A stretch of 59,534 bases of DNA, filler included, from Basidiobolus meristosporus CBS 931.73 (taxonomy: Eukaryota; Fungi; Basidiobolomycota), in assembly GCA_002104905.1 (NCBI GenBank). It is 3 parts of 3 records of this genome, joined end to end, with 100 filler letters (N's around TTAATTAATTAA, not from the genome) between each part and the next. Parts side by side here need not be neighbours in the genome. Positions count along the whole stretch, not along the records: positions 22,730 to 48,536 come from MCFE01000924.1; positions 48,637 to 59,534 come from MCFE01001291.1; 1 more part is not named here. The stretch is one strand, 5' to 3'. This document shows, in pieces, positions 35,340 through 48,699 of the stretch. The position numbers were made by a program, and so were the translations under genes. The stretch's first letter is position 1, and the number at the start of each line of letters is the position of its first letter. The notes beneath the pieces were generated by a model. It had not been told where the DNA came from and made no database searches. It was given only the letters and a program-made list of their open reading frames with translations.

Positions 35340-37763
35340 TTGGAACTTTTTTTATTGCACTGAGCTGAGCTGAATACCTCTTAGAACAGAAGAAACCTAA
35401 AAATAATGTTCCCAGCCTTGCAAGTAATTTCCTAATAACACAATCAGTTCATGTTTGTAATTCTAGCAGTGCTGAGAACATGCGGAAATCAGCCCCCATG
35501 GTCTAGGAGTAACATTTGCAACTTATCTTACACTTTATCTCCCCAGTGAGACATCAGCCCATTTTTGATTGAATAGTCTGAGGCAATCTAAGAAGTGTTT
35601 TGGATTCAAGGAACTTATCAAGAATTAGGGATAATTGTTGAACTATTGTTTAACCATAAAGAAGCATGGTATTTATACCTTTGTAGAAGTAATACAACTA
35701 TAACACTGAGTATGGAAAGTTTCTCAACATACAGGAGCATTTGGCAAAAATATCAGGGCTTGTACAAAATATCTACTTAAGTGCTAATCTGATCTAAACT
35801 ATAGGGGAATAATCATAGATTAATAGATCTAAAAGAAGATGGCAAAGTTAGGGTGCAAATTAGTACTACAGTGACCAAGACTAGTCCAGATTTGCAATGT
35901 AAATTTTTAGCTGCTGAATGATACCAAATATTCAAATGCTTCAGTATAGTCCATAGGAATCCTGATTCTTTCTTTCCTAATGGAAATGGGTGACTTGCTG
36001 GGATCTTGTGATCTGCTAAAGATACAAGTTCCTGATTCTTGATCAATTTTCAATCCAAAGAGCCAACTCCTTCAAAGGTTTCCAACAAGTCTTTAGCACA
36101 GTTATCAAGCCTTTCATTGTTGACTTTAAGCAATTAGATTCCCTTCAACATTGACCAGGCAAGATTCTATTTCTACTCCATCTGAGGATGCACTAATCTA
36201 GTTTGTGCACACTACAAGTGCTTGATTTAGAGTTATTTGATAGACTACACTAGTATTGCTAATGTTGAGTACTTGATGAAAGCTTCCACCTCTATCAAGT
36301 GAAGGTACAAAGATCCTGCTCTATTATTGTAGCAATTTGATTGCTGATGGTGTCATCTGAGTTATGGGATAAGTGGGGTTGTAGACCTTAGATTTACTTT
36401 AGTACCAGTAAACTTGAGTATCCTGCTTTTCCAACACAACTTGGTCCAGCACTCTTCAAGTGCTCTCTAAAGAGAGCTAATTAGAGATCTACAGTTGCTC
36501 AGATCTGATTTGAAACTCATAAAAACTTAGCAGCATGAATCAATATCAAAAGCCACTTTAATTGACCAATTACTGATGTAACTGTATATGGAGAGAGATG
36601 CAGCCCCCAATATGAGCTCTTTACTCTGAGCATATAACTTGCTAATTGTAATGACCATGAGAATACTCTTTGTGTATTTTAAGACCCCTTCATGTGGTGA
36701 CAAGTACAATATTCAGTATTACTATCAAATATTTGAGATGTGGTGGACTAAACTTTACCTCTCACACTTTTCATTTCTCATGCTAATGACTACAAAATCA
36801 TGTATCTGTAGGCCAAAGAAGTGTTTCAGTTGCACCCAGTGTGACATATGTCCAGGTTAGTAAGTAAGCAGTCATGTTGGATAACTGGTCTACTTGATTG
36901 CATTCAGCAGCTGAACATTCACTGATCAACTCTAGACTAGTCTCAGCAACTGAGCAACTCATCATCAGCCCTAACATCACCCATTTTCTTGAGATGTACC
37001 GTCTTATTACTACTTGTCAATGCTCATTGATATATCAGCACTCTGACCAAACATGATGTATTGACCTTGAAGCTATCAATGCAAGCCCCAGAAAGTTGTG
37101 CAGCTTTTTTGGCTTTGTGTCACAGTTGATGTCCATTTGCAAGTGCAGAAGCTCAGTGCTGCCACCCTTGTGAAAGAAACAAAATCATAATAAACAAAGT
37201 TAGGAGGGTTCCTACCCATGCTACTTGAAAAAGGTATGAACTACAAGTCTGGCCTGAATCAGTTGCTAGTACAGTGAATCTCTTAGGTAGATGTATAACA
37301 ACAGAACTACATGACTTAACACTTCTTGAGGCATATATGGGCAAAAAAGCAAATGCTTAGTACTTTATGATCTTTAGCAGCAATGCTCTCTATCAAAACC
37401 CTGACAGGATATGCCTAGAGCTGGAGCCAGAGGGCAGAGTGGAGTTCTTCCTTGAGTATTATGAGCAAAACCAATGGTAAGCAGTGTGTAATGGAAATAT
37501 TCAAGAACTAATCAGGAGCAGGGTCCAGTTGGATGAGAACTGTAGCCATGCAGCCACTGAAGATATCAACCAATTATTTGATAATGGAGCTACCACATAT
37601 GAAGCTGATGCCTATCTAATTCAGCAGAAAGATAAAGGCTCTACCAGTTAGTGATCATAACAGACAAATCTTGCACTATAAGCAACATTTTGAAACCTGA
37701 ATAGCAGTCAATGGTCTATTTGCTGCAGCTTATTGGGAATACCAACCATTACTCAATGAAATA

Positions 37764-38127
37764 TGCTACTAGTCTTAATATAGAGTTGTAGTGGATTAGG
37801 GCGTTTAGCTAGTGTTGTATTTGCTAAAACTTGAACAGATCCTTACTGATGCTCCATCAGATTCTTATATACATTTTGCCAGATCAATTGCTGCCTAATT
37901 GTAATTTGTAATGTAGGTTGTGGCTGATGCCTCATGTAACTGCATCATTGCCGCCCAATCAGATCTTGCTTAATATATCTATTTTTGTCTGATAAGGATC
38001 TGCTGATTCACCTGTCTAACACTAGTGATTTGATAGATAGCACTGGCATACTAACAGACTAAGCATAAAACAAATTGATTGGATTATTAACTGATATAGC
38101 TCAATATTTAAGCAGTAGATCATAATA
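37764..38127 (-). repeat. Degenerate solo LTR of gypsy G2
   Basis: Reverse-complement similarity to 45595-45962; no clean TSD. Confidence 0.7.
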
Positions 38128-39456
38128 ATTACATGGAACTGGTAGACTTCCTAAAGTGGAAAAAGCCAACCTGATGAATATTAGAGCATAAGGGCAAGCT
38201 AACAATGAATAATGCAGCAATTAAGTACAAGGCTAGGTCATTTGCTGCATGCTAGTCCTGGACTCAATGATTAGACTTTGAGTAATTATTTGCTTCAGTT
38301 ACAATTTGGACTAAATAGAGCAGTTTAAGTCCTAATAGTTCTACAGACTTTAGATATGATCAATGCTTATGTCAAAGTTACTCTATAAATAGAGATCTTC
38401 AAGAAAATGTATAGAGGGAACCAGGAGGTCTAACTGATCCCAAAGACCCAACCTAGGTGTGCAGAATTAGAAAATCAATGTAAACACTTAAGCAGCATTA
38501 AGAGCTTAACCATAAGATTTACTCAAACATCAAAAAGATTGAGATCATCTCAAGTACTGCAACTCAAACAGTAGTTAACTAACAGCTTAATGATACACTA
38601 GTTTACCAGGTTCCTTATATGGACAACCTAGTATAGGCACAGGTGAACCAGAGGCACTTAGTCACACAGTGCGCACTCTTTTCAACAAGCCCAAGAAGAC
38701 AGATCATGGAAACAGAGCTAGTTTTTTGTGTTGGAGGTCATATTCAACACATCTACCCAGCTAATTGTGCTGTATTAGTCCATGTACATCAGGAATACTC
38801 TTAAGTACTTGAAATGGATAAACAAAGTTGTAATTCATTGGCAAGAATCCCCACCTATCTAGCCAGAACTGCCATGGGGATCACATTTCCACTTTGTAAA
38901 GTAATGGTACAGAATAACCTAGTAGATTCTGTGCACTGCCCATGTAACAAAGTGGTTGAGCTATTGTGGCTAAATTGTTGGCTTGACCACACTTTGAGAA
39001 GCCTTAAGATATATCATGATCCGGAAGCATTTTGGCTAATTGGAGTGCTGTAATAATTAGCTGTGTAATATATTACAGCAGCTGAATTTACCTAGCATCT
39101 TTAGGCCATTCTCAGCCTCTATGGAGCTTATTTACAGTTCTCACTCTTCCACCTTCCTCTTATCTATGACTCTATGAGTACTTTCCTAGAGTAAATATCA
39201 TATAACAGCTTTTACTGGGTACTATGTAAGAGTCCTGAATCTGTTGGTGTACACCTCTCAATCTTGTGAAACACACCTGACTTAATGATGCTGCTGAATA
39301 TATCAACAAGAGTCACTATAGGCTACTTTGTTGTGAGTAAAACCTGTATGACAATTATCACTAATTCTTGATATATTTCTTCCATCTAAACATAGCTGAG
39401 CTTTGACATGACACTGATATCCTCACAGTAATCTTGTGGATATTAGTATGTTCCTT

Positions 39457-40500
39457 TGTTATGATCCACTGCTTGAATGTTAAAGTTGGATCAGTTTTTA
39501 GCCAAGTCAATTAGTCTTATGGTCAACTTATTAGTATATCAGTGTTATCTATCATATCTGTAAAATTAGTCAGCAAATGAATCAACAGTTCCTCATCAGA
39601 CAAAAGTAGATATATCAAATAGGATCTTGTTGGGTGATGATGATGGAATCAAATGAGTCATCAGTCACAACCTACATTAGGAATTATCAATAGTCAGCAA
39701 TTGATCTGGCAAAATACATATAAAGAGCTGCTAGAACCACAACCAAAATCAGTTCAAGTTTTAGTGAATACAATACTAGCTCAACTTCCTATTCCTCTAC
39801 AACACATATGCCAGGATTTGTAACATTGGTAGCAGCAATAAACAGAAATCTCCCTCCTGAAGAAGGAAGAAGCCTCCAGCAAGATGTCCAAAAATCAAGA
39901 ATGGAAGAATGCTATGCAGCAAATCCTGGCCCAATAGCAACAATTGTTCCAGATCCTTAGCCAGCAGCAACAAGGAATGACTACTAGGGCCCAGAGACAG
40001 CAAAGACCTGTTAAGAGCAAGCTTTGTGCAAAGGTAAACCAGTACCATGGTAAAATCAATGAAAACCTGGGAACTTGGCACTTCTGGATTGAAAAAGCTT
40101 TCACGGCCAAGGGAATTGCTCCAGAAAGCAAGTTGCATTATGCAGCCTCTTACTTTGCAGATGCAGCTTTATAGTGTTACCACAACATGATCAGGTCAGC
40201 TACTATGATAGGATGCTCTACAATCCCTATCTGGAATGAGTTTGTGCTGGAAATGCTGGCTGCTCTTGAACCACCACTCCTGCAGACACTGCTGAGAAGG
40301 AAGCTCAAGACATTGAGACAGCAAGGAAAGGTTCAAGAGTATATCTGTGAGTATAGATGTCTACTTAGACAAATTGAACATATAGACCACTTGGCTCAAG
40401 TTGAATACTTTATTGACTGGTTAAAGGAAAGAACTTGCAAGGTAGTGAATTATTAAAGACCTTAGAGTATTGAAGAAGCTATCATGATTTTCATTGACTG
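39457..40500 (+). mobile_element. Truncated gypsy G2 copy (LTR 39457-39825, PBS, gag remnant)
   Basis: TGTTATG...TAACA, then TTGGTAGCAGC. ORFs 39944 and 40187 match the gag of 46021. Confidence 0.85.
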
Positions 40501-40504
40501 TGTT

Positions 40505-41080
40505 AAGGCTGCACCTGCCATGTAAGAAGCCGCAGTATGCAGCTTGCTTACTGGGGCAATTCCTTTAGCCTTAAAGCTTCTTCAATTTAAAAGAGCCAAG
40601 TTGCCAGGTTCTCATTGATTCTACCATGGTGGTGGTTGACCTACACACTGACAATGCTTTTAACAGGGCTTTGCTGGTTCTGGGCCATGGTAGTCATTCC
40701 TTGTTGCTACTAGCTGAAAGATCAGGAGTAACTACTGCTGTTGAGCAAGGATTTGTTTTGATATAAGAGTTGCAGAGGAATAAGGAGCTTGACTAGTAGT
40801 GTATTCACCAAGACTTGAGCTTATTGTTATCAGAGTTTCAGCAGCTCCTTATATGCATTTTGCCAGATCAATAGCTGACTAACTGCAACTCCTAGTGTAG
40901 GTTGTGGCTGATGACTCATCTGATTGCATCATTATTCACCAATCTGATCTACTTAATACTTCTATTTCTGTCTAATAAGGATCTGCTGAATCATTTGCTG
41001 ACTAATATTATCAACATGATAGATAACACTGATATACAAATATGCTAAACATAAAACTAATTATTTTAACTGAGAACTGA
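40505..41080 (-). mobile_element. Inverted gypsy G2 fragment (partial LTR fused to gag), facing the 39457-40500 copy
   Basis: Reverse complement of G2 LTR and gag, with the LTR end, PBS and gag start deleted. Confidence 0.75.
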
Positions 41081-41249
41081 GCTAAGACATTCAACCATCC
41101 AACCATAGCAGGTCCATAGTCACAGACTCAAGTCTACAAGTCTTACTGACAATACTGCGCCATCAAGATACTGATAAAACAAGAAAATGGATTCAGGAGG
41201 TCCCACCCAGCTTTGGCAAAAAGCAATGAAATGATCAGAGGCTTGAATT

Positions 41250-41585
41250 TTTCAATAAGATCAGTTTATGATTAAACAGTCAGTTTTGTGTTTGGCCTAT
41301 TAGTATATCAGCTTTATATATTAGATCATTCTTATTAGTCAGCAGATGAATTAGCAGAGCCTTATTAGACAGAAATAGATATATTGAGTAAGATCTAATC
41401 TGGTAATAATGATGCAACTGCATGAGTCATCATCCACAAGCTACATTGGGAAAAGTAATTAGTAAGCAATTTATCTGGCAGAATGTGGATAACAAGCTAG
41501 TGGCCCCTGAGTAAATCTCAGCTCAAATTTTAGTAAATACAATACTGGCAAACTACTTCTGCTACTCCAATATTAAGACTTATAC
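41250..41585 (+). repeat. Degenerate gypsy G2 LTR remnant
   Basis: Visible similarity to 45620-45955; boundaries approximate. Confidence 0.6.
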
Positions 41586-41589
41586 CCGC

Positions 41590-42700
41590 AATTTGATCAG
41601 AGTCAAGGTTGTGCACAAATGAATGATATTTCCCACTGCCACTGCAATATCTAGATTTCTAGATACCATCAAATTAATTAAACTGTTGACCTTTAATGGA
41701 TAGGGAAGGTTTGGTCTAGATTTGGGCAGATTTGACCCAAAACTGGCCAAGATTTGTTCAATCATGGATTGATGTCCCTGGAGCCTGTTGCAGGCTTGCA
41801 GTATTCCATTTTGAAGCATTCAAGAATGTTTTTGATATACTTTCACTGATTCAGAAAGGTTTTTTGCATCAATATGTTAGACTTGGCATCAACTCCAAGC
41901 CAAAAGTGCATTTTTAAGATCAGTTGTCTGCAATTTGCAATAGGGATATGATTTTGACTGATCGATTATTTATGGTTGCTTGTAGCAATTTTTAGGATGT
42001 CTATATAAATATCTGGGATAATAACTCCATTTTGACATTGATTTATACATTATGGAGATCTGCAGTGCAACAAAAGGGCCTTATCTCCTCTAGAGAAGCA
42101 TAAACTACGTCAAACCATCCTGCAGCTGCCTTCTCTGGGTCACACAACAGTTTTCTAAGTCTGCACACTTTGTTGGGACCTTCTAAGCCTTGCAGTTGCT
42201 CCCTATATATGGTTTTTTACAAATCCCCATTTTCAAAGGCTCTTTTGACATCTATATGGTGCAGATCTACACTGTGTACAGCTGCCAGAGCCAGGGCTGT
42301 TATAGTGAAGTTAAGCTTGACTACTGCACCAAAGGATTCCTTGAAGCTTAGTCCCTAATTTAGTAAGAGCCTTTAGCCACCAATCTAGCCTTTGACTTAA
42401 CAATAGCTCCTTTTGAGGTTATCTTGATCTTGTAGGCCCATTGGTATCCTATTGGTTTTGTCCCATTTGGTAGATCTGCAAGCTCCATGTTTTTGGCCTA
42501 TTTAGTGAATAGTACTCCTCTTGCATGACTTGTTGCCCCATGTGTCTTACCCACTATTTAAATAGAGCTTGCTTGAAGCTGATTTTGCTGTCATGATTGT
42601 CTCTGAGATATCCCAGGCTTCTTTAGCAGTATTACTGCAGGAACTTGTCCCACAAAGAAGTCTTGAACATTGATGCATATGGCATCAACAGTATATCTCT
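41590..42700 (-). mobile_element. Decayed RT remnant of a second copia family
   Basis: Minus-strand translation across frameshifts gives ALALAAVHSVDLHHIDVKRAFENGDL and related RVT_2-like blocks. Confidence 0.6.
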
Positions 42701-43529
42701 CCACTTGTAGCTTGTCAACTTCGGCTTCTGCTCCTTTGGGCTCAGCTTTTAACTGTTACTATGTTCCTGAGCATTTGTTTATCAAACTGGATCTGCATCC
42801 TGATTCTCCAACATATGCAGTTCTCCCCAACAAGCCTTTCCTTTATGTGGAAGATAATTGTGTAATTCTGTTTGTTGCTAGAAGTGATCTTTAAAATAGA
42901 CTAAGGTAATTGGGGCTCATTACATGCTCCAGCTTAAGAAGTGTTTTGGATTTAAGGAACTTTTATAGAGCTACTGATGATAGTAAAAAAGTTATTTATT
43001 CCCAAAGGAGATCAGCTTTTATGCCATTTTCATTATAATGCAGCTGTGGCACTGAGTTGAAGAGTTTATCACTATTCAGGAGCATCCTGCAACTGCTTCA
43101 CTGATAATACTTAATGTTTAGTAAAAGTGCAAATATGATATTGACTATATGGGAATAATCATAGGATTGTGGATCCAAAAGAAGGTAGTCAGGTTTGGGC
43201 CATGATTGACTACTACCGCAACTTAGACTAGTCTAGAACCCTTCAGTAAATCAATAGCTGCAGAATGATACCAAGTAGTAAAATATTGCAACTGCTAATT
43301 GGACCTAATTTCAAGGGCTTTGGTTATTGAAATTAGAAAAGAAATATGATTGCCAGAAGCCCCACCCCAGGGTGTTTATTTCTATCCTAGTAAAGCTAGC
43401 ACTTGGAATAGCTGGAAATAACCAGCGGTGGCACTTTCTACAACAGAGGCAGAACACTGGCTACCTGTGAGCAATTAATAAGGCTTTGTAATTACCAGAA
43501 ATTATACAAACTTAAATTGCAGTTGAGAA

Positions 43530-43870
43530 GAACAATAAATCATTAAGTGAAAGCCACGTAATCCACTTGTCCTCCCAAATCACTTTCAATATGTCCAAGA
43601 CTCTTACAACATTGACAAGGATAATCAAAGTTATCTTTCAATAGCTAGAAGTCCTACATATCATGCTAGAACTAGGCACATGAGTACACAACAATACCTC
43701 ATGAGGGAAGCTGAAGAAAATAATCTGATAGTCAGTTGACTGCCCAACAGACAAATTGAAAGCAGATGCAGAGACAAAACACTATATCTGCCAGCATTGC
43801 AGAATCTCAGAGAGAAAGTAGGACTAAGAAGTGTTTTAGTTGGGGGAGGTGTTGGAATACTCAACTGATT
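43530..43870 (+). mobile_element. Copia LTR 3' fragment (about 43530-43610), then an RNase H tail, PPT GGGGGAGG and TGTTGG LTR start of another copia
   Basis: Matches the 3' end of 28935-29283, then CPTDKLKADAETK-like residues and a purine tract near 43842-43849. Confidence 0.55.
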
Positions 43871-45594
43871 GGTATCATTCAGCAGCCAAGATCTACTTAA
43901 CAATTGTAGAATAGTCTTTGTCACTGTAGGACTCATATACAGCCCAAACTTTATTGCATTCTTACAGCTGAATAATCCTTTATTTAATCCACAATAGTCA
44001 AGATCAAATTAGCAATTTCACCCCACATCATGACTAGTCCCACAGTGACCAAGACTAGTCCAGAACTGTTAAGTAAGATTTTAGCTGCAGAATAATACCA
44101 AATAGTCCAAAATTTCAACAGAAACTTCTCTAACTCAGTGTTACATTTGTATTAGTTCCAAAAGGGTAAAATGCTGAGCTTCTGTATGAATTAACAGTAG
44201 CTAAACAATTATCAGTATATCTTGACAGGTTTTTTTACATCCAAAACACTTTCATAGCTGCAACATTCAGAAGGTGAGTAGCTTCAATGAATAGGTAAGC
44301 AGCTGTGCAAGGTAAGGCTTAGATAGATGTACTAGCAATTGATTACCGCCTGACTACTTTACCCAATTGTGTTAGGTACTTTTTGGGTACAAACCACTCT
44401 CTGCAACTTTCAACAAAGAACACACAGGAAATGTACTGGAGCAGACCTACAAGAATGACTGAAATCCACTATGGAATAGGATTGCAATGATTAAGTACCA
44501 AATGTATTTTGTGGATATTAGAAATGTATTCATTGCACATATGGTGGCCAGAAATGCTTCTTTGTAAGGGGATATATGGCTTGTAATAGAGGGCAAATGG
44601 CCACTTTGCAAGTGTTGTGCCAGAGAGCTGTGATGTGGAAGTGGCAGGGAATGTTAGTTACAGCACATTTCAACATATGAAGGGGATAGTTTGCAGATGG
44701 CCAGGATCTCAACCAAATATGAAATACCTATGGTTGAGGTATTTATGCAAATGAAGAGGTGTGAATCCAAAGTTCAATATATAAGTGGTACCACAGGAGG
44801 TAAGGAAATGAAGTATCATTAGTAAGCTGGTATGTTGCTATTGTACCAAACTAGCAGTTGGCAGCATACTGCCATGATAGTGCCAATAGAGCGCCACACA
44901 AAGTCCATCAAAATAATGCCTTTTTTGCAATATCTGCCACTGAAACTATAGGCCAGTTAGCCTTTTGTAAGTAAAAAGAAATAGCTGCAAAACTGCCACA
45001 ATACAATGCAAACCCGGCACAAATACTGGCAAAGCACTGTTAGGTTTATTAGAGTACATATGAAAAATAAAAGAAGCCCATCAGTGCACTGTTGCCAATT
45101 TGGATCTCATAACTAAGAGGTGCATATGCCACTAGGATGTTGTACAAAGCTGTTGAATATAATTGCACCTAGATTTGACAAAAAAACAATGCCAAGTATC
45201 TCAGCACATTGGTCCCCACATTGATTTTTAATTGATTTGCCTCATTTTTCTTACTTTCAATATGGGGCACTTAATAATCTCCCACACTGGTGTATATTGA
45301 TTGAAAATTGCCTCTTTTGTACAATGTGTACTTCCTGACTCAACCAGTCCTCTTACTTTTCATACATACATCTTGAGTTACTTTTATTAAACCACCCATT
45401 GCAACTCAGCTTTAGACTGTACTAAGGAGCACTAGGTCTTAAGCCTATATTTGTTAATTATAGGACCACTTGGTATCATACAGCAGCTATGAGCTTACTA
45501 AGCAATTCTGGACTAGTTATTTTCACTCTAGGACTCACTTACAGCCCTAACTTAGCCACCTCAACTCCAATCTATGATCTTATGATTATTCCTA

Positions 45595-48536
45595 TGTTAT
45601 GATCTGCCGCTTGAATGTTTAAGTTAGATCAGTTTTTAGTCAAATCAATTAGTATATGTTTAGGTTATCAGTATATCAGTATTATCTATGAAATCAGTAG
45701 CATTAGTCAGCAAATGAATCAGCAGATCCTTATCAGACAGAAAAAGATATATTAAGTAGGATCTTATTGGGTGATGATGATGCAATCAAATGAGTCATCA
45801 GCCACAACCTACATTAGGAAATACAATTAGTCAGCAATTGATCTGGCAAAATGTATATAAGGAGCTGCTGGAACCTCAATAAAAATCAGTTCAAGTTTTA
45901 GTGAATACAATACTAGCTAAACTCCCTATTCCTCTACAACTCTTATACCAAGACTTGTAACATTGGTAGCAGCGATAACCAGAAACCTCCCTCCTGAAGA
46001 AAGAAGAAAACACCCTCAAGATGTCGGACAATCAAGAATGGAAGAATGCCATGCAGCAAATCCTGGCCCAACAGCAACAGCTACTCCAGATCCTCAGCCA
46101 ACAGCAACAAGGAATGACTACCATGGCTCAGAGCCAGCAAAGCCCTATCAAGAGCAACTTTAGTGTGAAGGTCAACCGGTACCATGGCAGAGTCAATGAA
46201 AACCTGGGAACTTGGCTCTTTCAGATTGAAGAAGCTTTTAAAGCTAAAGGAATTGCTCCAGAGAGCAAGTTGCATTATGCAGCTTCTTACCTGGCAGATG
46301 CAGCTTTACAGTGGTACCACAACAAGATCAGGTCAGCTACTATGATGGGATGCTCTACAATCTCTACCTGGGATGAGTTTGTGTCGGAAATTCAGGATGC
46401 TTTTGAACCTCCACACCAGCAGACACTACTAAGAAGGAAGTTAAAGACACTCAGACAGAAAGGAATGGTGCAAGAATACATCTATGAGTACAGATGTCTA
46501 CTTGGACAAATTGAAAGAATGGACCCCTTGGATCAAGTTGAATACTTTATTGATGGGTTGAAAGAAAGAACTCGCAAGGAAGTCAATTACCGAAGACCTC
46601 AGACTATTGAAGAAGCCATCAAGATTGCCATTGACTATGACTCAGCTATGTTTGGAGTTGGGAAGCCTACAGTGACTAGTCAGAAAGGCTATAATCATTA
46701 TGAAAGAAGACAATCAGAAGCAGTACCAATGGAAATAGACGCTATGCAGAAGAATCCCTCCTCAGAAGAATGCAAGAAGAGAGGACTTTGCTTTAATTGC
46801 CACCAGCAGGGACATATTGCAAAATACTGCCCTCAGAGAAGAAATGGACACCAGCCAACAAGAACCTTCAACCATATTGAATCCCATGAACACAATAATG
46901 AGGAAGATGAGCTTGAAGAAGACTCGGAACTCACCTTCCATATGACAGAAGAGTACTTGTCCCAAATGACTTCAAACTCAGGGAAGTTATTGTACCTGAA
47001 TGGAGCAATCAATGGAGTACCTGCCAAGATCATGATTGACTCAGGAGCATCGCATGAGTACATGTCAGAGCAATTTGCTTTGAAAGCTGGAATCAACTCG
47101 GAACCTACCAAATCAACTTCAGTCTCCACAGCAGATGGGAACTCCCACATAATCAACCGTATTACCCAGCCAGTAAGAATGAAGATCAATGACTATGAAG
47201 AAGACCTACAGGCTTATATATTTGGGAACTGCAAGTTTGACCTTGTACTTGGGAAAACCTGGCTATTTTGTCGTAATCCATCAATCAACTGGAGAACCCA
47301 TGCTACTCAGATCCAAAAAGACAACAAGACCTATGAGCTATTACCTGCCAGGCTGGATTTCAACTTGGTCAATTCCAGTGTGTGTGAGACAAGTGAACTT
47401 AGCAAGACCCAGTTCTGTAGAGCACTTAGAAAAGGTACCCAGATGTTCCTCATGGCGGTATTACAGGAGGATTCCTCTATCCCAGCACCCCAGCAGGTCC
47501 AGACTCTCTTGAAGAAATATTCAGACGTGTTTCCAGATGAGCTTGTAAGCCTACCACCAGTCAGAGACGTGGATCATGCCATTGACACAGGAGATAGCCC
47601 TCCAGTGAGCAAGACACCTTACAGAATGAGTCCATTGGAATTGGAGGAAATGAAGAAACAAATTGATCAGCTATTGGAGCAAGGATACATCAGGCCCAGC
47701 AAGTCACCTTGGGGAGCACCAGTGCTTTTTGTGAAAAAGAAGGATGGAACACTTAGGATGTGCATTGACTACAGAGCCCTGAACTCAGTTACCGTCAAGA
47801 ATAAGTACCCCATACCTCGGATTGATGAGCTTTTGGACCAACTTAATGGAGCCACTATTTTCAGCAAGATCGACCTCATGTCAGGATACAACCAGATTAG
47901 GGTGAAACCAGAAGATATCCCTAAGACAGCATTCAGGACCAGATATGGACATTACGAGTACTTAGTCATGAGTTTTGGCCTCACTAATGCCCCTGCAACA
48001 TTCATGACGCTGATGCAGACTGTCTTTCAGGAGTACTTAGACAAGTTTGTGATAATCTACCTGGATGACATATTGATATACAGCAAGACAGAAAAGGATC
48101 ACATGGTGCACATTGAAAAGGTCTTGAAGAAACTAAGAGAGAACAAGCTATACGGCAAGCTAGCCAAGTGTGAATTCTTCAAGGAACACGTAGAATATCT
48201 GGGACACATAGTGACTAGCACAGGAGTAACCTTAGACCCCAAGAAGGTGGAAGTAATCAAGAATTTGAAGCAGCCCCATAGCATATCAGAACTCAGATCC
48301 TTCCTTGGAATGGTTTCCTATTATCGGAGATTTGTCAAGTCATTTGCAAGTATTGCAGCCCTTTAACTGATATCCTCAAGAAAGAGAATACCTACAAGTG
48401 GGACATAGCTTGTGAGACTGCCTTCCAGACGCTAAAGAATGAACTTGCTAAGTTACCAAGCTTAAGAATACCAGACTTCAGAAAAGAGTTCACTCTATGC
48501 ACAGATGCTTCAGATTATGCAATTGGTGGAGTGCTG
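45595..48536 (+). mobile_element. Youngest-looking gypsy G2 copy: 5' LTR 45595-45962, PBS TGGTAGCAGCG (initiator tRNA-Met type), gag-pol running into the gap
   Basis: Perfect TGTTA...TAACA ends. The PBS starts within 2 nt of the LTR and a long ORF follows. Confidence 0.92.
46021..48366 (+). CDS. Gypsy G2 Gag-Pol (781 aa, gag-CCHC-protease-RT in one frame); RNase H continues after a frameshift near 48360
   Basis: [58 protein letters not shown] follows in the shifted frame before the gap. Confidence 0.9.
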   Translation: MSDNQEWKNAMQQILAQQQQLLQILSQQQQGMTTMAQSQQSPIKSNFSVKVNRYHGRVNENLGTWLFQIEEAFKAKGIAPESKLHYAASYLADAALQWYHNKIRSATMMGCSTISTWDEFVSEIQDAFEPPHQQTLLRRKLKTLRQKGMVQEYIYEYRCLLGQIERMDPLDQVEYFIDGLKERTRKEVNYRRPQTIEEAIKIAIDYDSAMFGVGKPTVTSQKGYNHYERRQSEAVPMEIDAMQKNPSSEECKKRGLCFNCHQQGHIAKYCPQRRNGHQPTRTFNHIESHEHNNEEDELEEDSELTFHMTEEYLSQMTSNSGKLLYLNGAINGVPAKIMIDSGASHEYMSEQFALKAGINSEPTKSTSVSTADGNSHIINRITQPVRMKINDYEEDLQAYIFGNCKFDLVLGKTWLFCRNPSINWRTHATQIQKDNKTYELLPARLDFNLVNSSVCETSELSKTQFCRALRKGTQMFLMAVLQEDSSIPAPQQVQTLLKKYSDVFPDELVSLPPVRDVDHAIDTGDSPPVSKTPYRMSPLELEEMKKQIDQLLEQGYIRPSKSPWGAPVLFVKKKDGTLRMCIDYRALNSVTVKNKYPIPRIDELLDQLNGATIFSKIDLMSGYNQIRVKPEDIPKTAFRTRYGHYEYLVMSFGLTNAPATFMTLMQTVFQEYLDKFVIIYLDDILIYSKTEKDHMVHIEKVLKKLRENKLYGKLAKCEFFKEHVEYLGHIVTSTGVTLDPKKVEVIKNLKQPHSISELRSFLGMVSYYRRFVKSFASIAAL

Positions 48537-48636
48537 NNNNNNNNNNNNNNNNNNNNNNNNNNNNNNNNNNNNNNNNNNNNTTAATTAATTAANNNNNNNN
48601 NNNNNNNNNNNNNNNNNNNNNNNNNNNNNNNNNNNN
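48537..48636. other. Assembly gap with artificial TTAATTAATTAA linker
   Basis: 44 N, the 12-mer at 48581-48592, then 44 N. Confidence 0.95.
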
Positions 48637-48699
48637 ATAGTTCAAATCAAAAAACCCTATGGCCTCTTGCTTACTAACCTCTGCAAACATGCACATCTG

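Noticed and set aside
37759-38132. TSDs around the G2 LTR at 37764-38127 and the copy at 32962-35339
   Set aside because: Flanks do not match (AAATA/ATTAC and ATTTG/TTGGA), so no TSD is claimed.
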